A stretch of 64,000 nt of DNA. Origin: Gammaproteobacteria bacterium (GTDB taxonomy: Bacteria; Pseudomonadota; Gammaproteobacteria; Eutrophobiales; Eutrophobiaceae). The position numbers and the translations under genes were made by a program. How positions within the stretch are numbered: the first letter of the stretch is position 1; the number at the start of each line of letters is the position of its first letter. Below, piece after piece: positions 21,097-30,564 of the stretch. The notes beneath the pieces were generated by a model. That model was not told the origin of the DNA. It saw nothing but the letters and a program-made list of their open reading frames with translations, and ran no database searches. The DNA lies in NCBI GenBank assembly GCA_965222155.1, contig CBDCTH010000012.1, forward strand, positions 1,344,001 through 1,408,000, written 5' to 3'.

Positions 21097-22608
21097 TTGA
21101 ACCAATATCCACTTACCATTTTGACCCCGTTGCTCCTGGTATTACTGAATGCCTGTTCAGTTTCACCGGATGCAGGGCAGGCGAAAACTGAGGTATCGTT
21201 AAAACCGAATTTCATCGTGGTGCTGACCGACGATCAGGGCTATAACGACGTTGGCGTATACGGCTCTCCGGATATCAGGACTCCCGTACTGGACCGGATG
21301 GCGGCGGAGGGCATCAGGTTCACCAGCTTTTATGCCCAGCCGGTCTGCGCTCCGTCCAGGGCGGCGCTTCTTACCGGTTCCTACCCGATAAGAGTGGCGG
21401 AGCCGGGCAACAGGAAAAATCCGAATACTGTTTTACATGCGCGTGAAGTTACGATTGCCGAGGCCTTAAAGGCTGCCGGCTATGCGACCGCGGTGATAGG
21501 CAAATGGCACATGGCAGGGGATGGCGATGAACCCTGGGATTACGCTCCGCCACCGCAACCACCGGGTCGTCCGGGGGGGAAGGGGCCGTTCAAGGCAGAA
21601 CTCATGCCCAATGCCCAGGGCTTTGATTACTTTTACGGCACGCCCATGTTCCACGGCTACACCCGGGACGTTGACCTGGCGCGCTTTATCCCTGAGATGA
21701 TGCGCAACGGCGAGGTCATAGAAAGCCCTGCAAACGTTGACCTTATGACCCGGAGATACACGGATGAAACCATTGGATTTATCCGTAACAATCGCGACAA
21801 GCCGTTTTTAATTTATCTTGCCCATCACATGCCCCATTTACCGTTAGGTGCATCGTCCGGCTTTAAAGGTAAATCTGAACGCGGTCTTTACGGGGATGCC
21901 GTGGAGGAACTGGACTGGAGTATGGGAGAAATATTCAAGGAACTGGAGCGCTTGCAACTGGATGATAAAACACTCGTCGTATTTCTTTCCGATAACGGCC
22001 CCGAGGTCGGTCACAATGAAAAATATACGGGTAGCGCCGCGCCCTTCAGAGGCATGAAATACTCCAACTGGGAGGGGGGTATACGGATACCCGCCATCAT
22101 GCGTTGGCCGGGAAAAATTCCAGAATCAACAGTCAACGATGCTCTGGCAACGTCAATGGATTTGTATCCCACCCTGGTAGCGCTGGCGGGCTCGCAATTA
22201 CCGGAGGGAATTACAATCGATGGAAAAGATATCAGCCCAATACTGTTTAATCGCCCGGGCGCGAAAAGCCCGCACACTCATTTCTTCTACTATTCCCTGA
22301 CACAGTTGCAGGCGGTGAGGGCCGGACGCTGGAAACTCGTCTTCCCCAGACAGGCCAATTCGCCTTATACCTTGTGGCTTGGTCGCTATACAGATACGGT
22401 CGAAAAGACCATGTTGTTTGATCTTCAGCAAGACCCGGGTGAGCAGATTGATTTGGCCGATAAACATCCTGACATTGTCGTGAAGCTGATGCAGGATGCG
22501 GACAAGGCCAGGGCGGAGTTAGGGGATTACAACCGGATTGGATCCGGCGCACGGTTTTTTGATGAGGGTAAAAAAAGACCTGTTACGTTCTTTCCGGATG
22601 CCAGGTAA
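21097..22608 (+). CDS. Sulfatase (arylsulfatase A-like), probable lipoprotein
   Basis: [24 protein letters not shown] formylglycine motif, GKWH, SDNG; lipobox-like LNAC. Confidence 0.92.
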   Translation: MNQYPLTILTPLLLVLLNACSVSPDAGQAKTEVSLKPNFIVVLTDDQGYNDVGVYGSPDIRTPVLDRMAAEGIRFTSFYAQPVCAPSRAALLTGSYPIRVAEPGNRKNPNTVLHAREVTIAEALKAAGYATAVIGKWHMAGDGDEPWDYAPPPQPPGRPGGKGPFKAELMPNAQGFDYFYGTPMFHGYTRDVDLARFIPEMMRNGEVIESPANVDLMTRRYTDETIGFIRNNRDKPFLIYLAHHMPHLPLGASSGFKGKSERGLYGDAVEELDWSMGEIFKELERLQLDDKTLVVFLSDNGPEVGHNEKYTGSAAPFRGMKYSNWEGGIRIPAIMRWPGKIPESTVNDALATSMDLYPTLVALAGSQLPEGITIDGKDISPILFNRPGAKSPHTHFFYYSLTQLQAVRAGRWKLVFPRQANSPYTLWLGRYTDTVEKTMLFDLQQDPGEQIDLADKHPDIVVKLMQDADKARAELGDYNRIGSGARFFDEGKKRPVTFFPDAR

Positions 22609-22626
22609 TAAGTTTACGGACTCTTT

Positions 22627-24462
22627 ATGACTGGGTTTGACTATAAGACCGCCCTGGAGAAAATGACCCACCATCCGGGCGTTTATCAGATGCTCGATGT
22701 TGACGGCGCCCTGATTTACGTGGGCAAGGCAAAGGATTTGAAAAAGCGGGTCGGCAGTTACTTCGGCAGGAAACCGGATTCGGCCAAAACCAGGGCGCTC
22801 GTCAAGCAAATCCAGGTCATCAATATTACGGTGACGCGTACTGAAGCGGAAGCCTTGCTGCTGGAAAGCAACCTGATAAAACAACACAAGCCCCGCTACA
22901 ACGTGGTCCTGCGTGACGATAAGAGCTATCCGTATTTATACCTGTCCGCTGAGGACAAATACCCCAGGCTGAGTTTTTATCGCGGGGCAAAGTCGGGAGC
23001 AGGGCAGTATTTCGGGCCTTACCCCAGCGCAAAATCCGCCCGGCGTACCTTGAACCTCACCCAGAAATTATTCAGGATCAGGCAGTGCGACGATACGTTC
23101 TTTAAAAATCGTTCCAGACCCTGCCTGCAGTACCAGATTAAGCGCTGCACTGCGCCCTGTGTGGGACTGGTCGAAGATGAGACTTACCGGGAAGACGTGA
23201 AACACACAGTCATGTTTCTGGAAGGCCGTAATGAGGAGGTGATCAAGGAATTGACCGCACCCATGCAAGAGGCCGCCGATGCGCTGGATTACGAGCGCGC
23301 CGCCCAGTACCGGGACCAGATAGTCAACCTGAGAAAGATACAGGAAAGCCAGTATATTACCGCGCCCAGAGGAGAACTGGACATTGTAGCCTGTTATATG
23401 GAGGGCGGGTTTGCCTGTGTGCAGATTTTCTTTGTTCGCGGCGGGCTCAATTTAGGCAACAAGGCGTTTTTCCCGGTGCATACCGTGGAGTTGGACGAAG
23501 CCCAGGTTCTCAATGCATTTATGGCCCAGTATTACCTGAGTGATTCCCGTAACAGGCAAGTCCCCGTGGAAATCCTGGTCAGTCACCGGATAGCCGATGC
23601 GGAAACGCTGATGGGCTTGCTCAGTGAACGAAGAGGAAAATCCGTAAGAATAAAACACCGCCACAGGAGCGAGCGAAGAAAATGGATAGAAATGGGATTG
23701 AACAATGCCGAGATAGCATTAAAAACCCGGCTTTCCTCGAAAGAAAAATACGCTTCCCGGTTTGAAAATTTACAGGCGGTATTACAATTGAATGAGACTG
23801 TCGAACGAATTGAGTGTTTTGATGTCAGTCATATTAGTGGCGAGGCGACGGTTGCCTCGTGTGTCGTATTTAACCATGAGGGCGCGGTAAAGGCCGATTA
23901 CCGGAAATTCAATATCAAAGACGTGCCGGCGGGAGATGATTATGCAGCAATGGCCCAGGCCTTTGAACGGCGCTATACCCGGGTGAAAAAAACCGAGGGG
24001 AAACTGCCTGAACTGATACTGATAGATGGAGGAAAAGGCCAGCTTGGCAGTATCAAAGCCCTGGTTGAGGAACTGCAACTGGATGAAGTTGTCATACTGG
24101 GTGTAGCCAAGGGCAGGGCGCGTAAACCGGGCCTGGAGAAACTGGTCTTTTCCGACGGGAAAAGTGAACTAAGCCTGGCGGCAAATTCGCCTGCCTTGCA
24201 CTTGATCCAGGAAGTACGGGACGAGGCGCATCGTTTTGCCGTTACCGGACACCGACGGCAAAGAAATCAAAAGAGAAATAAATCGATCCTGGAACAGGTA
24301 GAGGGCATTGGAGCAAAACGCCGGCGGGAGTTGATCAGGTACTTTGGCGGTCTGCAGGGCGTCGCAAGAGCAGGTGTGGAAGAACTTGCCAGAGTGCCCG
24401 GAATCAATAACAATCTGGCAGAGAAAATATATAATTCATTACATGATGAATATACCAAATAG
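22627..24462 (+). CDS. uvrC: Excinuclease ABC subunit C
   Basis: GIY-YIG (PGVYQM..IYVGKAKDLKKR), IECFDVSH, LIDGGKGQ, RDEAHRFA, C-terminal HhH. Confidence 0.98.
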   Translation: MTGFDYKTALEKMTHHPGVYQMLDVDGALIYVGKAKDLKKRVGSYFGRKPDSAKTRALVKQIQVINITVTRTEAEALLLESNLIKQHKPRYNVVLRDDKSYPYLYLSAEDKYPRLSFYRGAKSGAGQYFGPYPSAKSARRTLNLTQKLFRIRQCDDTFFKNRSRPCLQYQIKRCTAPCVGLVEDETYREDVKHTVMFLEGRNEEVIKELTAPMQEAADALDYERAAQYRDQIVNLRKIQESQYITAPRGELDIVACYMEGGFACVQIFFVRGGLNLGNKAFFPVHTVELDEAQVLNAFMAQYYLSDSRNRQVPVEILVSHRIADAETLMGLLSERRGKSVRIKHRHRSERRKWIEMGLNNAEIALKTRLSSKEKYASRFENLQAVLQLNETVERIECFDVSHISGEATVASCVVFNHEGAVKADYRKFNIKDVPAGDDYAAMAQAFERRYTRVKKTEGKLPELILIDGGKGQLGSIKALVEELQLDEVVILGVAKGRARKPGLEKLVFSDGKSELSLAANSPALHLIQEVRDEAHRFAVTGHRRQRNQKRNKSILEQVEGIGAKRRRELIRYFGGLQGVARAGVEELARVPGINNNLAEKIYNSLHDEYTK

Positions 24463-25009
24463 CTTGACCTTTTTTCGCATGGCGTTGATACCTGTTTTTG
24501 TGTTGGTGTTCTACCTGCCGTTCGATTGGAGTAACCAGGTGGCCTGTATTATCTTTGTAATTGCGGCTATCACTGATCTGCTTGACGGTTATTTCGCCCG
24601 AAAATTGCAACAGACGTCCAAATTAGGCGCGTTTCTTGATCCGGTGGCGGATAAGCTGATGGTGGCAGTCGCACTGGTTCTGCTGGTTGAACGCAATCCT
24701 GGCCCGCTTTTATCATTACCGGCGGCCGTGATCATCTGTCGCGAGATTACCGTATCGGCCCTGCGTGAGTGGATGGCGGAACTCGGCGCCCGCAGCAGGG
24801 TTGCCGTATCCATCTACGGCAAGATAAAAACCATCGCCCAGATGGTTGCCTTGCCGATGCTGATCTATGCTGCCCCGATATACGCCATACCTGTCTATGG
24901 GTTGGGCCTGGTGCTGTTGTACCTTGCCGCGGGACTGACCTTGATTTCCATGTATCAGTACCTTGTCAGCGCCTGGCCAAAACTAAAAGAAAATATTGAA
25001 AAACAATGA
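24443..25009 (+). CDS. pgsA: CDP-diacylglycerol--glycerol-3-phosphate 3-phosphatidyltransferase
   Basis: MNIPNSLT, TDLLDGYFAR, GAFLDPVADKL; canonical position after uvrC. Confidence 0.96.
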   Translation: MMNIPNSLTFFRMALIPVFVLVFYLPFDWSNQVACIIFVIAAITDLLDGYFARKLQQTSKLGAFLDPVADKLMVAVALVLLVERNPGPLLSLPAAVIICREITVSALREWMAELGARSRVAVSIYGKIKTIAQMVALPMLIYAAPIYAIPVYGLGLVLLYLAAGLTLISMYQYLVSAWPKLKENIEKQ

Positions 25010-25037
25010 GATACGATGCATTCTAAACAGGTTAGCC

Positions 25038-25065
25038 TTGACATCGTATGAAATATGATTACAAT
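25038..25065 (+). promoter_or_regulatory. Sigma70 promoter of the tRNA operon
   Basis: TTGACA-16 nt-TACAAT followed by GCGG, upstream of tRNA-Gly. Confidence 0.7.
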
Positions 25066-25093
25066 GCGGTACTCGTTTTAAGGAATGGTTACT

Positions 25094-25169
<76 letters not shown>

Positions 25170-25284
25170 AATATATACCCCTGAGTAGGGGTAACCCCTG
25201 GAGCAAATCCGGGGCAGGCCCTTGTGGTTGCCTATTAATCCCGAGTTCAGCCTCGGGGTTTTCATTTTACAAGGGTATAACTCT

Positions 25285-25358
25285 GGCTGGGTGGCAGAGT
25301 GGTTATGCAGCGGCCTGCAAAGCCGTCGACGCCGGTTCGATTCCGACTCCAGCCTCCA
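25285..25358 (+). tRNA. tRNA-Cys(GCA)
   Basis: 74-nt cloverleaf, anticodon loop CTGCAAA, CCA end. Confidence 0.96.
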
Positions 25359-25373
25359 TTTTTTTACTTTCCC

Positions 25374-25460
25374 GCCCGGGTGGTGGAATTGGTAGACACA
25401 AGGGACTTAAAATCCCTCGGGGGTAACTCCGTGCCGGTTCGAGTCCGGCCCCGGGCACCA
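25374..25460 (+). tRNA. tRNA-Leu(TAA)
   Basis: 87 nt with long variable arm, anticodon loop CTTAAAA, CCA end. Confidence 0.96.
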
Positions 25461-25655
25461 TATCACCTCGAGGGCTGCTCAAGTCCTGCAATCAAACGCA
25501 AGCAAGTCGTCCGCATCACCTGAGGCCGTAACGAGGTCAAAGCCGCCCTCATTCATCGCCTCAAATTATTGGAAACTTCAAAACAGTTATACATCACCGG
25601 CAGATTAACCCATTGTTATTGCCGGAAATTACGTTAGTAAAATCGTCGACAAAAC

Positions 25656-26270
25656 TCAACGAGCAGGGGATAGGGAACATTGCCCGCGCTCCGGGTTTGG
25701 TTCGACTTCGGGCAGGTCCAGGATGCGCTTCAATTCGTCGGCGCCGCCTACGTAGCGGCCGTCCAGCCAGATCTGCGGTACGGTGACCGGAGTTTTAGGA
25801 CCGATGATCGGCTTTACTCTTCCCAGCATTTCATAGAGTGGTCGAGGGTCTTTGACGACGTCGTGATACTGGTAGTCAACTCCCGCCTGGTCCAGGTATC
25901 CCTTGGCGCGGACGCAGTGGGGGCAGGTGGCCTTGCCGAAAACGTGATTGCCTCGTATCGGAATAGCGCTGACTGCTTCTTCAATGACTGACTGGGTCAG
26001 TACGCCCCGGTTCAATGCGGCGCCTTGAGAAACAATTTTGCCGTTTACCAGTACTATCGGGGCATGCCAGCCGCCCTTGGGCAGGGGTTTCCACCATTCA
26101 GTGAGCCAGTCGCGCATGTCAAGCTCGACTTGTATACCGGCCAGGTCCGTATCAATACAGTCCTGGATGATATCTTTGGTCAAGGCGCACTCCCCACAGG
26201 GGATACTGACTTTGAACGGCCCCCAGGCGCCAGCCCAGCGGAACACAGTAATATTTATCGGGTTGTGCAT
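25656..26270 (-). CDS. Two-domain glutaredoxin/thioredoxin-fold protein
   Basis: N-terminal CGEC domain and C-terminal CPHC...TVPQIWLDGRYVGG glutaredoxin domain. Confidence 0.8.
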   Translation of the reverse strand: MHNPINITVFRWAGAWGPFKVSIPCGECALTKDIIQDCIDTDLAGIQVELDMRDWLTEWWKPLPKGGWHAPIVLVNGKIVSQGAALNRGVLTQSVIEEAVSAIPIRGNHVFGKATCPHCVRAKGYLDQAGVDYQYHDVVKDPRPLYEMLGRVKPIIGPKTPVTVPQIWLDGRYVGGADELKRILDLPEVEPNPERGQCSLSPAR

Positions 26271-26302
26271 AAATTACTCCCGATCGTTATTTTGATTATA
26301 TC

Positions 26303-27571
26303 TTAAAACGGTTTGGGGCCTCCAGTAGCCCAATCGAGCAGTTCTGCCGTGTGGACAAACGGGACCCCGGTAAATTGCCGGAGGTGCATCATGCAGCCCA
26401 GGTTGCCGCTGGCGATGACGTTGACATTTGCCTGCTCTATATGGGCTGCTTTTCTCATGCCCAGTTCGCCTGCAATTTCCGGTTGCAGGAGATTATAGGT
26501 GCCGGCCGAGCCACAACACATATACTTTTCCGGTAATTCCTGTACGGAGAACCCGGCTTGTTTTAATAAATCCAGTGGTTGCGCGTCTATCTTCTGCCCG
26601 TGTTGCATGGAACAGGGACTCTGGTAGGCGACCCGGATATGCTTCAACTCATCATTCACGGCGGCGGCAGGCTGGTCGGATAAAAACTCGGCGATATCGC
26701 GGCTCATCCCGCTGATTCTTTCAGCGTCCGCCGCCAGAGCCCCATCATGACGGAACAGGTGGCCGTAATCTTTCAGCATGGTTCCGCAGCCGGAGGCATT
26801 GACAATCAACGCTTCCAGTCCGAGTTCATCAGTGTGTTTTATCCAGTCAATAATGTTTTGCCTGAAGCGCTTTTCCGCCAGGGCCGTCTTGCCCAGGTGA
26901 TGCTCAAGCGCGCCACAGCAGGCAGGCTCTGACAGAAGATGGACGCGGTAGCCTTGCCGTTCAAGCAGGCGGATACTTGCCGAATTGATATTGTTTCCTA
27001 GCACTTGCTGGACGCAGCCGGCGATAAGCCCGACGGCTTTTCCTGTCTTGTGTTGTTCTTTTGCCTGTGGTTTTGTACTTGTTCGCACTACCGGGGAACG
27101 AAGCTTCAGGGCGTTGCGTAACCGCTTAGGCAGCAGTTGTCTGATGGGTGACAGCATACCGGACAGGAATAACAGTAACCAAAAGCGGTTTGGGTGGGGC
27201 AGGGTAAAGGCAAGCAGGCGCCGAAAAAGCCTGTCCTGGAGGGGACGCTTGAATTTCTTCTCGATATAACCGCGCCCGGCGTCTATCAGGTGCATGTAGT
27301 TCACCCCGGAGGGGCAGGTTGTCATACAGGACAGGCAGGACAGGCACCTGTCTATGTGTTTTACCACTTTCGGCGATGGAGTAGCTTCATGTTCAAGCAT
27401 ATTTTTCAGCAGGTAGATACGTCCGCGCGGCCCGTCCAGTTCGTCACCGAGCAATTTGAACGTGGGGCAGGTGGAGTTACAAAAACCGCAGTGCACACAT
27501 TTGCGCAGGATGCTGTTGGCTTCATCCAGGGCGGGGTTCGTCAATTGTGCTGCCGTAAATTCAGTGCGCAT
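26303..27571 (-). CDS. glcF: Glycolate oxidase iron-sulfur subunit
   Basis: CVHCGFCNSTCP, CLSCLSCMTTCPSGV, CCG domains. Confidence 0.95.
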   Translation of the reverse strand: MRTEFTAAQLTNPALDEANSILRKCVHCGFCNSTCPTFKLLGDELDGPRGRIYLLKNMLEHEATPSPKVVKHIDRCLSCLSCMTTCPSGVNYMHLIDAGRGYIEKKFKRPLQDRLFRRLLAFTLPHPNRFWLLLFLSGMLSPIRQLLPKRLRNALKLRSPVVRTSTKPQAKEQHKTGKAVGLIAGCVQQVLGNNINSASIRLLERQGYRVHLLSEPACCGALEHHLGKTALAEKRFRQNIIDWIKHTDELGLEALIVNASGCGTMLKDYGHLFRHDGALAADAERISGMSRDIAEFLSDQPAAAVNDELKHIRVAYQSPCSMQHGQKIDAQPLDLLKQAGFSVQELPEKYMCCGSAGTYNLLQPEIAGELGMRKAAHIEQANVNVIASGNLGCMMHLRQFTGVPFVHTAELLDWATGGPKPF

Positions 27572-27603
27572 GATTAATCAGCCGAAAATAAGGAACAGGC
27601 TGC

Positions 27604-28923
27604 TCACTGGATTTCCGTCTTTTGGTTCGTTGACGGCACATCCGTTTCCTTGTCGGTCTGCGCCGGAATGACGGTAGCGGACGCAGGAATGTCGGAATGA
27701 CGGTGATAGAGCCTGCCCGGGTTGAGAATATCAGCCGGGTCAAAACTGTCTTTTATCTTCTCATTAAGACGTTTGATGGACTCATTGGCGAAAGAATAAA
27801 TGCCGGCATTCTCTTTCATGGTTGGGGGGGTGCGATACAAGGTTGTACTGCCGCTGATAGCGCTGACCTCCCGCCTTATGGCATTCAGTTTGTCTTCCCC
27901 CGCAGTCTGGCAGATGCCCACCCATAGCCAGCTTCCCGCGGCGTCCAGGTACCAGATGCACCCCTGAAGTTGGTCAAGATAACCGGTCAGTGCCGGGGTA
28001 GACGCCGGGGGAATGGATATTCTCACGATGGCTGGGGTGCGCTGAATATCATGTAAAGGCGTCACGTCGCGGATCCAGGACCAGATGGTAACCGACTCTG
28101 CCTGGTCCAGTACGCTGTTTTCAAACCCCTCCGGCAGTCTTTCCTGTATTGCCCGCAGGCGTTCATTCACCGACAGTTTCGTTCCTTCCAGTCTTATCAA
28201 GGCCAGTGACCCGCCGGGAAATGGCATATCACTTTGCTCAATTGCGGTTAATGCCGGCTCGGGCAGGTAAGCCAGGCCTGAAGTTTCGAAAGGGGTGGAG
28301 ATAATGTCCGTCAATAATACCATGGCTTGTTCGGTGGACAGTCCCCATACGGCAAGGCTCATCGATGTGGGCGGTGCAGGCAGAACCTTGAAAATCACCT
28401 CGGTTACAACGGATAAGGTTCCCCAGGAACCGGCAATCAGTTTACTCATGTCATAGCCGCTGACGTTTTTTATTACCTTGCCGCCGGATTTCCAGATCTC
28501 GGCGCGCCCGTTGATCGCCCTGAGGCCCAGGATATGGTCCCGGGCGCTGCCGGCCTTGAAGCGGCGCGGCCCCGCCAGGTTACCGATAAAAGTCCCACCT
28601 ATGGTGCCTTCGTCTTCCCTCCCGTACATCCTGTTTAATGCCGGGGGTTCGAATGCGAGATGCTGGCGGTGTTCCACCAGCGCCTCGACTATTTCACGGA
28701 GAGGTGTTCCCGGTAGCGCCCGCACGACCAGTTCTTCAGGGTGATATTCCAGGATACCGCTGAGTTTCTCCAGGGACATGGGGCAGTCCGCGTTGACCGC
28801 CATACCAAAACCATGTTTTGTATTTTTTCCCTGAATGGCAATGGTCCTGCCGTCAGCGGCAGCCCATTGCACCAGTTCCTGCGCCTGCTGTTCCGATTCC
28901 GGTGAAAACCGCTCGTTTGTCAT
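27604..28923 (-). CDS. glcE: Glycolate oxidase FAD-binding subunit, with repeat-derived C-terminal extension
   Basis: GGKVIKNVSGYDMSKL, FDPADILNPGR; between glcD and glcF. Confidence 0.92.
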   Translation of the reverse strand: MTNERFSPESEQQAQELVQWAAADGRTIAIQGKNTKHGFGMAVNADCPMSLEKLSGILEYHPEELVVRALPGTPLREIVEALVEHRQHLAFEPPALNRMYGREDEGTIGGTFIGNLAGPRRFKAGSARDHILGLRAINGRAEIWKSGGKVIKNVSGYDMSKLIAGSWGTLSVVTEVIFKVLPAPPTSMSLAVWGLSTEQAMVLLTDIISTPFETSGLAYLPEPALTAIEQSDMPFPGGSLALIRLEGTKLSVNERLRAIQERLPEGFENSVLDQAESVTIWSWIRDVTPLHDIQRTPAIVRISIPPASTPALTGYLDQLQGCIWYLDAAGSWLWVGICQTAGEDKLNAIRREVSAISGSTTLYRTPPTMKENAGIYSFANESIKRLNEKIKDSFDPADILNPGRLYHRHSDIPASATVIPAQTDKETDVPSTNQKTEIQ

Positions 28924-28925
28924 AT

Positions 28926-29059
28926 TATCCGCAGATTACGCAGATGAACGCAGATGAAAGAAATGTTTTTTTCACCGGATTTCCGTTATTTGATGTGAAA
29001 TGCCTATTACCATGAGTTCGATTCGGAATGAATATCATCATCTGCGTAATCTGCGGATA
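28926..29059. repeat. Inverted-repeat element between glcD and glcE
   Basis: Perfect 22-bp arms TATCCGCAGATTACGCAGATGA / TCATCTGCGTAATCTGCGGATA. Confidence 0.8.
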
Positions 29060-29073
29060 TAACCTGTGGATAA

Positions 29074-30564
29074 TCAAAACCTGGGGATGTCGGGGAAGGG
29101 GATATTGCCTTTATGCACGTGCAGTTTACCCAGTTCCGCGCAGCGATGCAGGACAGGGAATACCTTGCCGGGGTTCAGCCGGCCTTCCGGGTCAAAGGCG
29201 CATTTGATCCGCTGCTGTTGCTGCAAGTCCTGTTCATTGAACATGGTGTGCATGAGGTCCCTTTTTTCAACGCCGATACCATGTTCACCGGACAGGACGC
29301 CACCGACTTCAACACACAGACGCAGGATATCAGCGCCGAATTCTTCAGCTTTTTCCAGTTCTTCAGGAACATTGGCGTCAAACAGGATCAATGGGTGTAA
29401 ATTACCGTCACCGGCATGAAACACATTGGCCACGCACAAACCGTATTGTTCCGACATCTCCCGCATCCTGGATAACACATGGGAGAGTTCGCGGCGGGGT
29501 ATTGTGCCATCCATGCAATAATAATCAGGCGAAATATCCCCCAGGGCCGGAAAGGCCGCTTTTCTACCGGCCCAGATACGTGTTCGTTCTTCTTCCGACT
29601 CGCTGACTCTGATAAAGCTGGCATGACAATCTTCGGCAATGCCCCGGACTTGTTCGATTAACTCGGTCACTTCTCCTTCAGGCCCGTCCAACTCCGTAAG
29701 CACCAGGGCAGGGCAGTCTACGGGATAACCTGCATGGCAAAAGTCCTCTGCCGCCTTGATGGCAAACTCATCCATCATTTCTATGCCGGCGGGGATGATG
29801 CCGCCGCTGATAATCCTGGCGACACATTCTCCCGCGGTTTCATTACTCGGAAATCCGAGCAGCATCGCCCTGGCCGTTTGCGGTTCTTGTATAATTCGCA
29901 CCGTCACTTCCGTGATTACCCCGAGCAATCCCTCCGAACCGGTAATAATGCCCAACAGGTCATAACCGGCCGGGTCAAGGTACTTTCCTCCGATGCGCAG
30001 TATCTCTCCTGCCATGGTGACCATCTCAAGCCCCATCACGTTATTCGTGGTCAAACCATATTTAAGGCAATGGACGCCGCCCGAATTTTCGCTGACGTTC
30101 CCGCCGATGGTGCAGACAATCTGGCTGGATGGGTCTGGTGCGTAGTAGAATCCCTTGTGTTTGACGGCTTCGGTGATCGCCAGGTTGGTTACCCCCGATT
30201 GGGCGACCACGCAACGGTTGGCGAAATCGATATCGAGAATTTTATTAAATTTACCCAGTCCGAGTACGATCCCGTCGGCCAGGGGCAGGGCGCCGCCGGA
30301 TAAAGAGGTGCCGGCGCCTCTGGGCACTACTTTTATATTCAACCGGCTGCACAGTTTCAACACGGCAGCGACTTGTGCAGTCGTTTCGGGTAACACAACC
30401 AGCATGGGAGCCTGCCGGTACGCTGTCAGGGCATCGGTTTCATAGACGCGCAATGACGCATCATCGTCGATCACGCACTCCTCTGGAACTATTTCCCGGA
30501 GTTGCTTTATCAGGGCAGGTCTGTTAGCCAAGGCAGCTTTATCGATAGGAGACAGTTGTTGCAT
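29074..30564 (-). CDS. glcD: Glycolate oxidase FAD-linked subunit
   Basis: PRGAGTSLSGG, APDPSSQ, HAGDGNLHP, GEHGIGVEK, LNPGK. Confidence 0.96.
   Translation of the reverse strand: MQQLSPIDKAALANRPALIKQLREIVPEECVIDDDASLRVYETDALTAYRQAPMLVVLPETTAQVAAVLKLCSRLNIKVVPRGAGTSLSGGALPLADGIVLGLGKFNKILDIDFANRCVVAQSGVTNLAITEAVKHKGFYYAPDPSSQIVCTIGGNVSENSGGVHCLKYGLTTNNVMGLEMVTMAGEILRIGGKYLDPAGYDLLGIITGSEGLLGVITEVTVRIIQEPQTARAMLLGFPSNETAGECVARIISGGIIPAGIEMMDEFAIKAAEDFCHAGYPVDCPALVLTELDGPEGEVTELIEQVRGIAEDCHASFIRVSESEEERTRIWAGRKAAFPALGDISPDYYCMDGTIPRRELSHVLSRMREMSEQYGLCVANVFHAGDGNLHPLILFDANVPEELEKAEEFGADILRLCVEVGGVLSGEHGIGVEKRDLMHTMFNEQDLQQQQRIKCAFDPEGRLNPGKVFPVLHRCAELGKLHVHKGNIPFPDIPRF

Noticed and set aside
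25460-25650. Possible genomic island integrated at tRNA-Leu
   Set aside because: No integrase and no duplicated tRNA 3' end seen; housekeeping-type genes follow.
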